A stretch of DNA of 24,000 nt from Candidatus Saccharimonadota bacterium (GTDB lineage Bacteria; Patescibacteriota; Saccharimonadia; Saccharimonadales; EFPC-124): positions 2,463 through 26,462 of the forward strand of contig JAEHDC010000017.1 in assembly GCA_016880595.1 (NCBI GenBank). Reading direction: 5' to 3'. Positions within the stretch are counted from its first letter, which is position 1, and every line of letters begins with the position of its first letter. Positions 12,966-21,607 of the stretch are shown piece after piece. The translations under genes and the position numbers were made by a program. The notes below the pieces were generated by a model that worked only from the letters and a program-made list of their open reading frames with translations, made no database searches and was not told the origin of the DNA.

Positions 12966-15638
12966 CTAAGCGGAACGATTTCTCCTATAGCTCCTTCTGC
13001 GCTTAAGCGTATCTTTGCCGCCAGTCGTCTTTTTAATGGTTTCACTGGCTGGTTTTAGCTCTTCTTTTTTCGGTTCTGGCTTTGGCGGCGGAGTGTAGGG
13101 TTTGCTGTAAAGCTCTTTGGAGGTCTTTTTGACTAGGTTGGCTATTTCTTTGCTGCCTTGGTCGGTTATCAGGATGGTTTCGCCGGAGAATGTTTCGGGA
13201 GCGTCGCCAGCGCCTATGCGTATGTAAAAGTTGTGCTTTGGCAGGCGCATAATTTCACCTTCTTCAATGCGGTCTTTAAACTGGTGTAACATTAGTTCTT
13301 CGTCGGCGGGGTTGCCGGTGCGGAAGCAAACAACTGTGCCTGCGTTATCTAGGATGTTTTCGGTAAGATCACGATCTTGCTGTGATGTTGACTGCTCGGC
13401 CATGGTTAAGAAAAACTTATATTTGCGTGATTCAGAAAGTATCTGTGTGAATAGTGGCGATATAAAGTTTTGGCATTCGTCAACGTATAGGTGGAATGGG
13501 CGCCGGTCATCTTCTTCAATTTCAATGCGCCGGTATGCTGCAAGCTGTAATTTGGCAAGGACTGTCGTGCCTATCACTTCGGACGTGTCTTCGCCAATTG
13601 CACCTTTAGCCAGGTTGCAGATCAGGATTTTGCCGGAATTCATTATATCGTCAAAACTTATTGTGGATTCTTTTTGCTCTAGCATGCGCCGTGTTACCGC
13701 GGATAGCTGGAAGCGTCCGATCTTGGTAATAACGCCGTCCATAGATTTGTATTTTTGGTAATCTCCCGCTAAGCCAAATTCATGCAGCCAGAAGTCTTTA
13801 AGGTATTCGTCCTCCAGCTTGGGCACAATCTGTTTGCGGTACTCGGCGTCATTCAGCAATTTGCGGATAGTGAACAAGGTGGCGCCTTCAATGTAAAAGG
13901 CGGTGTGAATAGCGTTGCGCAGGACATGCTCAATGCGATGGCCGCCGGTATCGTCATCGGAGAACACTTTGCGGAAGATAGACACAATCGCCTCCGTTAC
14001 AAAGTCTTTAGCTATCAGAAGTTCGTCACCTTCTAGCCCGGGCGGAAGCTCCAACAGGTTCATGCCTATAGGGCTGCTAATTTCTTTGGGATAGAGGTAG
14101 ATGACGTCTTTAATGCGTTCCTTGGGTATGTATTTGAGCAGCCACATAGCCATGTCTCCGTGCGGGTCAATTACGGCCGCGCCTTTGCCGCTAAGAATAT
14201 CTTGCAAGATAGCATATTTTAGCAGTGTGGTTTTGCCGCTGCCTGTGGCGCCAATGACGTACATGTGGCGTTCGCGCTCGTCTGCTATTAAACCGATATT
14301 CGTTATGTTGCCATGGTAAATATTGCGCCCTAGCACTACATCAAAATTACCTTTGTCGGCGCGGCTCCTGATGGCCAATGGTGGCGCAAGTGCTTTGCCG
14401 AACGAGTGTGCTACGTCGCCATTATGTACCGCCGTGCTGTTAGGAAAATGATAAATATCTGATACCTCTTTTGCTGACAGCAGGCAGCAATTTTTTCCAA
14501 AAAGTCCGGGCAGCCGGTGCTCAAATGCAAAGCGCCTGTATTTGGTACGTAGGTTATACGGAAAATTGAAACGGCTTTTTATGGCCTGGCGGCTTGTGCG
14601 ATATACATTGAATGATTTGCGTATATCGTTGCCTTTGGCTAAGCTAGCCTTGCTCGCTACGACCAATGCGCGAATGTTGGTTAAAAACAAGTCGCCGTTT
14701 AACTTCTCGCTGACTTGTTGTGCCAGCTCTTCTTCTAAAGATCCCATGTCGCGCTCCGGCCTTATGCCAGCGGCAACCTGTTTGTAGTGGCTTGCAGTGC
14801 TGTACTGCGGGGATTTGCCGGATTTTGACGGGCCGTGGTAAACATCGCCAGCCGCAGAAGTTACGCCTAGTAGCGCCGAGCTAATACCATCCTTCAGTAC
14901 GCCACCAAGTGATTTGTGATGTCTTTTGCCTAGCGCGTCCAAATGCTCCTTATTGTGTAACAACCGGTTGCAAATCTTATCTACCTGTCGCAAGGTGGTA
15001 GGCGACAACACAAATTGAAGCGCCATAACTTCGCCCGGCTGCAAATTGGCCATTGCGGTTAGCAGATAGCCAACGGGGTCGGCTTGTTCAAAGGATTCGT
15101 GACCCTGCAAAGGATAGTAGCGGTTTTTTAGCTTGAACTCTAACAACCTGGCGCGCAGTCGCTGGGCTTTCGTCAGATAATCCCCGACCTCTTTAACGCG
15201 AATGTCTGTGCCGAACCCGGCAATGGCTTTTTCAAAACTGTCGCGGCTCTCTTTTGGCACGCAGAAGATATAACGAATGCCTTGCTCGCGCGTACCGACT
15301 AACTCCACGGAAAACGCCATTCGGCGCAGCAGTAACTTGTCTTGAAGCGTGCGTGTGTCATTATTGCCGTGCAAAGTTTCAAAGAGTTGTTTGTGCGCTT
15401 CTGGTGTTTTGTCGTAAAAAGCAGGTGGCGTTAATTCCAAGAACAGCAAATCACGGCGTAGCAAATGACGCATTTCAAGTACTCGCAACGTTAAAAGTGC
15501 GAGCTGCCATAATAAATATGCGCTTATTACCAATATGGCTGCAATTAACGCAATACGCGGCAATGAAGAGACGAAGGCATCCAAGAAGCGCACAAAACCG
15601 TCAAACTGTTCTTGGGTTGGAAAATCTGTGTCAATCAT
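12966..15638 (-). CDS. virD4: type IV coupling protein (VirD4/TraD/TrwB-like ATPase) with N-terminal membrane anchor and long non-ATPase N-terminal region
   Basis: 890 aa. TM segment IALIAAILVISAYLLWQLALLTL. Walker A is VIGATGSGKTTLL (14229..14252), followed by AAVIDPHGD. Walker B is FHLYVDECQNF. Lys/Pro/Arg-rich C-terminal tail. The ATG overlaps the CHAP gene stop (4 nt). Confidence 0.82.
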   Translation of the reverse strand: MIDTDFPTQEQFDGFVRFLDAFVSSLPRIALIAAILVISAYLLWQLALLTLRVLEMRHLLRRDLLFLELTPPAFYDKTPEAHKQLFETLHGNNDTRTLQDKLLLRRMAFSVELVGTREQGIRYIFCVPKESRDSFEKAIAGFGTDIRVKEVGDYLTKAQRLRARLLEFKLKNRYYPLQGHESFEQADPVGYLLTAMANLQPGEVMALQFVLSPTTLRQVDKICNRLLHNKEHLDALGKRHHKSLGGVLKDGISSALLGVTSAAGDVYHGPSKSGKSPQYSTASHYKQVAAGIRPERDMGSLEEELAQQVSEKLNGDLFLTNIRALVVASKASLAKGNDIRKSFNVYRTSRQAIKSRFNFPYNLRTKYRRFAFEHRLPGLFGKNCCLLSAKEVSDIYHFPNSTAVHNGDVAHSFGKALAPPLAIRSRADKGNFDVVLGRNIYHGNITNIGLIADERERHMYVIGATGSGKTTLLKYAILQDILSGKGAAVIDPHGDMAMWLLKYIPKERIKDVIYLYPKEISSPIGMNLLELPPGLEGDELLIAKDFVTEAIVSIFRKVFSDDDTGGHRIEHVLRNAIHTAFYIEGATLFTIRKLLNDAEYRKQIVPKLEDEYLKDFWLHEFGLAGDYQKYKSMDGVITKIGRFQLSAVTRRMLEQKESTISFDDIMNSGKILICNLAKGAIGEDTSEVIGTTVLAKLQLAAYRRIEIEEDDRRPFHLYVDECQNFISPLFTQILSESRKYKFFLTMAEQSTSQQDRDLTENILDNAGTVVCFRTGNPADEELMLHQFKDRIEEGEIMRLPKHNFYIRIGAGDAPETFSGETILITDQGSKEIANLVKKTSKELYSKPYTPPPKPEPKKEELKPASETIKKTTGGKDTLKRRRSYRRNRSA

Positions 15639-16180
15639 GGCGCTTCCTTGTAATGTATAAAATTGTATTTTTGCGCATCTAAAACTGTAAAAGTCCGCTC
15701 GCTTACTACATTTAAGCCTTTAGCGTTCATTTCCGAGATTGTCCAAGAGCCAGTTGCAGGATCAACTTTTGTAACATACGCAACGTGGCCTAAACCACCG
15801 GCAGAGTTGGCGGTTTGCATGATTGCGCCAGCGGCTGGTGATTGATCAACTTTATAGCCTTGGAGCTGCGCATTCAACGCCCAGTCGGCGGCATTACCCC
15901 ATGTATTGGATATGGGATGCCCGTCATTTTTGCGCATGATAAATACCCAGTAGGTGCAGTTGCCCCAAGCGTAAGTATTATCTTCTGGCGAGTTCCCGGT
16001 GTAATATATGCCATCACCAGAATTCCCCGCACTAACCTCACCGCTAATTAAACTGTCAATATCCGGAATCGAAGCCACCGCCACGCCGGGTAAAATTAGT
16101 AAAAAGAGTACTATGCCAAGAATAACTCCGGTTTCAACTTTGAATGAAACAAGTTTTTTGCGGAGCAGCAGCGGCATCAT
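15635..16180 (-). CDS. secreted/membrane-anchored CHAP-domain peptidoglycan hydrolase (VirB1-type function)
   Basis: 181 aa. N-terminal hydrophobic segment GVILGIVLFLLILPGVAVA. CHAP catalytic context YAWGNCTYWVFIMR (Cys) and GLGHVAYVTKV (His). Confidence 0.85.
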   Translation of the reverse strand: MMPLLLRKKLVSFKVETGVILGIVLFLLILPGVAVASIPDIDSLISGEVSAGNSGDGIYYTGNSPEDNTYAWGNCTYWVFIMRKNDGHPISNTWGNAADWALNAQLQGYKVDQSPAAGAIMQTANSAGGLGHVAYVTKVDPATGSWTISEMNAKGLNVVSERTFTVLDAQKYNFIHYKEAP

Positions 16181-17910
16181 GGCGCGTATAGCTCTGCCGG
16201 ATTAGTTGTAATTAGCGGATGCTCTTTTGGTGAAGCAATAATGCGGACGGCTACATGGTTTTGGTCGGCGATAGTTAGAGCATCGCCGCGCCCGCACGTC
16301 AGCAAAAAGCTTTCTTCGTACTCGCTTAGGTTGAATTCCGAAACAACGCCTTTGATAGTAGTCGTATCCTGTTTCATTAAAATGCGCAGTGAACTTTGCG
16401 AGGCAATAGCGCGACCGTATTCGCTATGTAAAAAGTCATTCGCCTGTTGGGAGATGATAGAAACGCCTAAGTAGTATTTGCGGGCGCGGCGCACCAGGCC
16501 AGATACAAAACGGGCGCTTTCTTCGTGTTCCAGCAGCATCCAGCCTTCATCAATCACAAGCAGCCGCTTTTCCGGCTTGGCCTTAACCTGATTTTGCACA
16601 AAGTTGGCAATGATCATCATCATGATTTGGCGCAAAGATTCCGGTAGGTCTTTAATATCGAAGATCACAAGCCGGTTGTCCAGCTTGATGTTGGTTTGCG
16701 CGTTAAAGACGTGGGCTAGAGTACCGCTGATGTACTTTTCTAGCCGTTCGCAAAGTTGCAATTGTCCTAAATCCTTCAGCTTGGCGTACAGGTCTTCTAG
16801 TAGCGGTGACTTTTTCGCCTTGTCGTAAATTTTGAGGATGGCTTTATCTACGGCGGCTTTCTCGCGGGCGCTCAAACCCTCGGCCATGAGCGAAATCACT
16901 TCGGTCAAATCCTGAGCGTGCTCGGACAGGTCGCTTCTGGTATGTGCAGTGGTAGCTAGGTCAAATGGATTGATTTTCTCTTTAGATTTCGCCGACAGTT
17001 TAACGTAAGTGCCATTTACCGATTCGGCTAAGTTTTTGTACTCCCGCTCCGGGTCTATGACAATGACCTTTGTGCCTTGCATGAGCTGACGCAAAATTTC
17101 AACCTTAGTTGCATAGCTTTTGCCGCTGCCAGACTGAGCAAACACAATACTGTTGGCATTATGCAAACTAAATCTATCTAAAATTACCAACGAATTGTTA
17201 GATTTGTTAACGCCGTACAAAATGCCTTTTTCTTGTACTAGCTCAGATGACATAAACGGGAAGGCCAATGCTGCAGAAGAACTGTCCAGGTTTCGTTTTT
17301 GGTTTAATTCATCCTCGCCGCGCGGCAAGACGGATTGCAAGGCTTCAAGCTGCTGGTAGCGGGCGGTTTTAATATTGAACATGCGCGCCGCTAGAGCGTT
17401 TTCCAGCATCTTCGTAACCTTATTCAATTCATCCAAAGTCTCTGCGCGTAAGCTAACGTAAATTGACATCTGGAATAATTTTTCTTGTCCGCGCTGGATT
17501 TTGTCGCGTAGCTCCATGGCAGAGTCGAGCGGGTCGGTAATCTCTGAGCCCACAATTGCACCTTTGCGCATCAAGGCTCTGCGTGTTGATTCTAGTTCGG
17601 TAATCTTACGATTTAATTTTGGCAGCGCCAACAGTGCGTCAACTTCATGAATATGGTAGGAAATATCCGCATTGTGATTGAAGTGAATTAGACTATCAAG
17701 CCAACCGCTAGAAGCCATAAATGGGTAGCCGGAGATAAACATAGTTCGCACGAATTGGCCATCAATGACTAAGTGGTCGGTGTTTTCCTCCAGACCTTCA
17801 TAAGAAAGCGCGTCAACTTGATCTTGCTCGCCAAAGGTGAAGGCGAGTTCTTTTGGACGTTCGTCACGCCGCTTTTTCCACTCGGCAAATTTTGTTATCG
17901 CGGTGATCAT
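16177..17910 (-). CDS. virB4: VirB4-family T4SS ATPase (middle + C-terminal ATPase domains)
   Basis: 577 aa. DGQFVRTMFISGYPFMASSGWLDSL is the typical VirB4 middle region. Walker A is VFAQSGSGKSYATK (about 17113..17139), followed by VIVIDPEREY. Walker B is LLVIDEGWMLL. RKYYLGVSIISQQANDF is also present. Confidence 0.9.
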   Translation of the reverse strand: MITAITKFAEWKKRRDERPKELAFTFGEQDQVDALSYEGLEENTDHLVIDGQFVRTMFISGYPFMASSGWLDSLIHFNHNADISYHIHEVDALLALPKLNRKITELESTRRALMRKGAIVGSEITDPLDSAMELRDKIQRGQEKLFQMSIYVSLRAETLDELNKVTKMLENALAARMFNIKTARYQQLEALQSVLPRGEDELNQKRNLDSSSAALAFPFMSSELVQEKGILYGVNKSNNSLVILDRFSLHNANSIVFAQSGSGKSYATKVEILRQLMQGTKVIVIDPEREYKNLAESVNGTYVKLSAKSKEKINPFDLATTAHTRSDLSEHAQDLTEVISLMAEGLSAREKAAVDKAILKIYDKAKKSPLLEDLYAKLKDLGQLQLCERLEKYISGTLAHVFNAQTNIKLDNRLVIFDIKDLPESLRQIMMMIIANFVQNQVKAKPEKRLLVIDEGWMLLEHEESARFVSGLVRRARKYYLGVSIISQQANDFLHSEYGRAIASQSSLRILMKQDTTTIKGVVSEFNLSEYEESFLLTCGRGDALTIADQNHVAVRIIASPKEHPLITTNPAELYAP

Positions 17911-18527
17911 TGCTGCTCCTTTCGGATGTACGAATTATTAAGCAAAGTAGCAACTTGCTCACTGATCGGCTGGCGCTTGGCTTGGGCAGGGCTGTAAAAA
18001 GTGTGGAATAAATCGAGTAATTCCAAATTATTTAATTGGCGTGTCCGCATTCCTAGTCGCATCAACCCTTTACCTACCATATCGGCATTGAGAGAAAGTT
18101 GTTCTTTGGCGGTTTCAAAGTCATTGGCAGCGTATGGCAGCACTACATAAAAGTGGCGCGATAGGATTTTATTATCGCGCACCAAACTTTGCACAAACTC
18201 GGTATAGTTTTCTATTTGGTCGCGGTAAATTGGTTTTTTTTCTTCGGCCAGCAGTTCTTGAACGTCTGCCAGATATTTGTCCATGTCTAGTTCACGTATC
18301 CGAACAACGATTTCTAGCGGGCAGGGCAAAGAGTCCAAGAAGCTTTCATAGGTGTCAATTAGCGCGTCTTGTTCTTCCTCGCTTTTTAGCTCAAAATTAA
18401 CTGGGGATACTTCAATGACCACGCGATATTGGCTATTGGGCAATAAAAGCATATTGCCTTTAACGCCATTAATGTTAATTTGTTGCCGCGCTGAGGCCTT
18501 CTTGCGGGACTTCTGTAAGATGGACAC
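17907..18527 (-). CDS. VirB4 N-terminal-domain-like protein (separate ORF; split VirB4)
   Basis: QQININGVKGNMLLLPNSQYRVVIEVSPVNFELKSEEEQDALIDTYESFLDSLPCPLEIVVRIRELDMDKYL matches the N-terminal region of Gram-positive VirB4/PrgJ-type proteins. I place the start at GTG 18527 (AAGGAG 6 nt upstream) rather than the track's ATG 18563. Its stop overlaps ATG 17910 (ATGA), and AAGGAG lies 8 nt before that ATG. Confidence 0.6.
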   Translation of the reverse strand: MSILQKSRKKASARQQININGVKGNMLLLPNSQYRVVIEVSPVNFELKSEEEQDALIDTYESFLDSLPCPLEIVVRIRELDMDKYLADVQELLAEEKKPIYRDQIENYTEFVQSLVRDNKILSRHFYVVLPYAANDFETAKEQLSLNADMVGKGLMRLGMRTRQLNNLELLDLFHTFYSPAQAKRQPISEQVATLLNNSYIRKEQQ

Positions 18528-19011
18528 GCAATTCTCCTTTCTTGGTTGTAGTAAAGTGGACATTTGCAGCCGGATCGGCGATTAGGCTTTCAATTCTGGC
18601 GCGTTCTGTAGCAGAGAGATGCATTAGATGTTTGACGACATCTTTTTGAGTTTTAGTTTCTGGTTGCGGCGTGTTGTCTATGGCGGCTGTTATTGAAATC
18701 TCACGAGCATGAGCACTGTTTTTATTGAACAGATAATATTTTGGTCGAGTATTGTAATGAAGCAAGGTAATTCCCCAAAATAGTAGAATTTTGCCTTTGA
18801 TTCGGATGGCGAGCAATGCGGAGATCACCGCTACGCAGACTATCAGCACAACTTTGTAGACTGCATAATTAAAAAATGGCGGCAGTACAACAAACACTGC
18901 GCTGCCGCCAAAAATTGGCGAGACCAACAATAACAATTGAGAGAGGCTAAGTTTGCCTGCGATTCTGTCTTCAACGGTGGTGATCTGAGCTGGAACTATA
19001 GTGGATCTCAT
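18475..19011 (-). CDS. PrgI-family / VirB3-like small membrane protein
   Basis: 178 aa. N-terminus VPAQITTVEDRIAGKLSLSQLLLLVSPIFGG followed by two TM helices fits the PrgI pattern (Vp..i...e.ki.g.lTlrQl). The ATG overlaps the upstream stop (ATGA). Confidence 0.6.
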   Translation of the reverse strand: MRSTIVPAQITTVEDRIAGKLSLSQLLLLVSPIFGGSAVFVVLPPFFNYAVYKVVLIVCVAVISALLAIRIKGKILLFWGITLLHYNTRPKYYLFNKNSAHAREISITAAIDNTPQPETKTQKDVVKHLMHLSATERARIESLIADPAANVHFTTTKKGELRVHLTEVPQEGLSAATN

Positions 19012-19514
19012 GTTTCAATCTCCTTTTTGATCTTTTTAGGCTTTGGTTTTGCGGCTGGTTTTTGAGTCGAGCCTTCAACAATTATTTGTTCGTTTTTGAC
19101 TGGCGTTTGCATTCGCCGCGTTTCCCCAGTACTTAAGCTAGCCTCTGATCTTTTGGGCGCACGACTACTTAGCGCTTGCTGATTTGTAGGCTCGGGGCGG
19201 CCTTCGATGCGTTTTCTCTTTTTATTGCTCTCTATATTATCTGTATTGTAGTAACCTCTGCCACTATGACGTGACGAATTATGCCCACTAAGATAACTAA
19301 CGCCGCGCATAAACGACCCGGCCATTTTTTTGGCCGCCCTTGGCGTACTGGCAGCATATGAAAGCTCTTTCATCACGCCTTGCGTTTTTAGCAGCGCCAA
19401 AACTGTGGCCAAACCAACCATTAAAGTCATAAGAGTATTTGGCTGGCCGCTGGTATCGTCTTGTAACATACCGCTAAAAATTGACGAAGCAAGTTGCAAA
19501 ATAATCACCTGCAC
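19008..19514 (-). CDS. hypothetical T4SS-operon protein: hydrophobic N-terminal part, basic low-complexity C-terminal tail
   Basis: Track ORF of 168 aa (GTG start). MTLMVGLATVLALL is a hydrophobic segment, followed by a K/R/S/P-rich tail. Stops in all three frames between 19515 and 19545 argue against it being a frameshifted extension of the VirB6-like gene. Confidence 0.5.
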   Translation of the reverse strand: MQVIILQLASSIFSGMLQDDTSGQPNTLMTLMVGLATVLALLKTQGVMKELSYAASTPRAAKKMAGSFMRGVSYLSGHNSSRHSGRGYYNTDNIESNKKRKRIEGRPEPTNQQALSSRAPKRSEASLSTGETRRMQTPVKNEQIIVEGSTQKPAAKPKPKKIKKEIET

Positions 19515-19534
19515 AAATCAAACAAAAATGGTTG

Positions 19535-20488
19535 TTAAGTCACTTTTAAAGAGCTGGTTGCAAAATCTTTAAAAGCAGGCAGCAAATACAGCAGCAAAAC
19601 CATTGGCGACAAAACCGCACCGATATACAAAGTTATGAGGCGGCCAAGATAATAAACGAGTAGCATTACGGTCAATACCAAAAAAGCAATCATAACCAGC
19701 AGCCCGCCAATTCCAAGAGAAGATGATTCCTTAGTAATATTGGCCAGCGTGTCCCAAATAGACACGCACAAAAAGCCAGATTGCAAAGCGCGGATCATGC
19801 CGTTGGATAGCTCGATAATAGCATCTATGGCAAAAATGGAAGTATTAATTAGCAAAAACATTAGCGCCAATTGTGGCAGAATTTGTCGGATGTCAATCTC
19901 ATCAAACCCCAAGGAGCTAAAACTCATAACATGAAATCCAAGCAGCGCCACAACAAGAATAAATAAAACGTCCGTAATTCCAACCATAGCCAGCCAGAGA
20001 TTAAAGACACTGGAATTTTCGGCCATAAGCGGCGTGCTGTTGGTAAAATAGCCCAGGGCTTGCACAAACGGCACGCCAACAGAGCTGATAATACTTTCAA
20101 GAACAGTAATGATTGCCTCAACTACTATGTCCCAAAAATCGGTTGAATCCTGTTGCTCAATTGATGCTAAAACTGGCAGCTTTTCTGTCGTCCCTTCTAC
20201 CGAAGAAGAATAGGCGTGACTTAAAATTGCTGTTAGTGCAGCAGCGGCAATAACCATCACCAAACCTATTAAGGCATTTTTGAGTACCTTTTTGGCGTGC
20301 TCAAGATTTTCCGGCTTGCCGCGGCTAGATATGTACTCGATGCCACCTGTAACCAAGAAAAACGCACAAACTAACGTTGCTATGCCGCAAAGAGTTGCAA
20401 TTATTGGCGTTAGTACCGAACGCATGGTATCGGATGCAATTGCTGCGTCTGCAAACAGCACCAGTGAAGTAACTACTGGGAAAGGCAT
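19535..20488 (-). CDS. polytopic VirB6/TrbL-like membrane protein with an N-terminal T4SS-pilin-like module
   Basis: 317 aa with about 6-7 hydrophobic helices. The N-terminal segment CAFFLVTGGIEYISSRGKPENLEHAKKVLKNALIGLVMVIAAAA is paralogous to the upstream pilin. Confidence 0.7.
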   Translation of the reverse strand: MPFPVVTSLVLFADAAIASDTMRSVLTPIIATLCGIATLVCAFFLVTGGIEYISSRGKPENLEHAKKVLKNALIGLVMVIAAAALTAILSHAYSSSVEGTTEKLPVLASIEQQDSTDFWDIVVEAIITVLESIISSVGVPFVQALGYFTNSTPLMAENSSVFNLWLAMVGITDVLFILVVALLGFHVMSFSSLGFDEIDIRQILPQLALMFLLINTSIFAIDAIIELSNGMIRALQSGFLCVSIWDTLANITKESSSLGIGGLLVMIAFLVLTVMLLVYYLGRLITLYIGAVLSPMVLLLYLLPAFKDFATSSLKVT

Positions 20489-20491
20489 AAT

Positions 20492-20833
20492 TTATCCCCC
20501 GAACGCGCTCGTAGCTAATCCAGTTACAATATTACTAATTACGAACGCGGCGATAACAATGGCCAAACCAACGCCCGAATAAAGTAACGTATGCTTTGAT
20601 TTCTCCAAATTTTCTGGATTGCCGGAACTCATAATATAACCAAAACCTCCGGCAACAAAAAAGCCGGCTGCAACAAGACCTGCTAAGCCCGAAATAACTT
20701 TAATAACGCTTTTTATAAAGCTTTCAACCTGGGCAATATCTCCGTCCGCCGCCAAGGCAGGATGCGCAAAGACAATAGGCGCACTCAGTATCACAAACAA
20801 CGTGGCAATTTTAAGATTTCTGTATTTTCCCAC
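20492..20833 (-). CDS. T4SS pilin (VirB2/TrbC-like, Gram-positive/CPR T4SS_pilin type) with signal peptide
   Basis: Signal peptide KYRNLKIATLFVILSAPIVFAHPALA/ADGD. Two-helix core is LAGLVAAGFFVAGGFGYIMSSGNPENLEKSKHTLLYSGVGLAIVIAAFV. I prefer GTG 20833 (AAGGAGG 9 nt upstream) over the track's ATG 20872. Confidence 0.75.
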   Translation of the reverse strand: MGKYRNLKIATLFVILSAPIVFAHPALAADGDIAQVESFIKSVIKVISGLAGLVAAGFFVAGGFGYIMSSGNPENLEKSKHTLLYSGVGLAIVIAAFVISNIVTGLATSAFGG

Positions 20834-20945
20834 GTCAAAAAACCTCCTTCTAAAGATAGAGACCCAAGCCATCTTTGTTCTATAATTTACAAAATGTAGT
20901 TTACAACTAGCAAACTAAATTTCAAAACACGAGCAATTTACTTAG

Positions 20946-20954
20946 TGCTATAAT
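20946..20954 (+). promoter_or_regulatory. extended -10 promoter element (TGcTATAAT) 7 nt upstream of ATG 20962
   Basis: TG at 20946..20947 and TATAAT at 20949..20954. Only CTAAAGC separates it from the start codon, and no SD is present, which implies a leaderless or near-leaderless mRNA. Confidence 0.4.
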
Positions 20955-20961
20955 CTAAAGC

Positions 20962-21396
20962 ATGCACAAACAATATCTATCTAAACTTAAGGAAGCTGAC
21001 AAGAGAAAATTAGCTATAGGTTCAGGGATTACTGTGACGTTAGTTATTCTTGCAACATTGTTAATAGCACAACTAATCCAGCCTAAGCGCTCAGTGGAGG
21101 CTTACTGCAATGTGTACGAGCAAGAAAAAGCAAGACTCGACGCTATGACTGACGATTCCAACCCATACCCCTCCGGTGTATTCAACGTGGAAGTGACCGA
21201 TGCTGCACAAATAGCAACATCGCTGGGTCGCTTAAGCCGCGTGGCTCCGCAAGAAATAGAGTCAGAGCTAACAAGCCTGCAAAAGCTTTACCAAGACATA
21301 CATGATAATCCTTCGCACGCTATAACCAACGCCCTAAACGGTGGGGCCTTGGATGATAGTTTGAAGGGGTGGACGAAAGAGCAGTGCGCAAATTGA
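20962..21396 (+). CDS. membrane-anchored hypothetical protein (single N-terminal TM, two Cys in the ectodomain)
   Basis: 144 aa. TM segment is LAIGSGITVTLVILATLLIAQLI. Cys48 and Cys142 are the only Cys residues. No recognisable family. Confidence 0.65.
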   Translation: MHKQYLSKLKEADKRKLAIGSGITVTLVILATLLIAQLIQPKRSVEAYCNVYEQEKARLDAMTDDSNPYPSGVFNVEVTDAAQIATSLGRLSRVAPQEIESELTSLQKLYQDIHDNPSHAITNALNGGALDDSLKGWTKEQCAN

Positions 21397-21607
21397 AGTA
21401 TTTTACAATACTTACTAGGGCTGGTGTTGGCTGATCTTGATTTATTTTTTTGGCGGCCATATATTACCTCCGAGGCTGTTTATTTTTCACGATGCTACCA
21501 CTGCGCATAACACTACATACGACTATAGTATTTGGCTGCTTGACCTACAAATCCTACCTAACTTATTATGCTTATATTATTTGGTCGGCGATTATTATAG
21601 ATATTAG

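Noticed and set aside
11285-15682. Long antisense ORFs inside the ATP-grasp and coupling-protein genes (for example 11285..11764, 12349..12702, 13231..13761, 15254..15682)
   Set aside because: Each is a shadow of a strongly supported gene on the opposite strand, and none has recognisable motifs.
18175-18185. 11-nt exact match (TCGCGCACCAA) to the tRNA-Leu 3' end, considered as a possible attR
   Set aside because: It lies inside the VirB4 N-terminal-domain gene, so using it as a boundary would cut the conjugation operon in half. The match is short and does not extend on either side.
21322-21460. 46-codon minus-strand ORF with a strong SD (GGAGGT, ATG at 21460) downstream of the XRE remnant
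   Set aside because: It overlaps the 3' end of the convergent 20962..21396 gene by about 75 nt. The peptide (MAAKKINQDQPTPALVSIVKYFNLRTALSS…) has no recognisable features, so there is too little evidence to call it.
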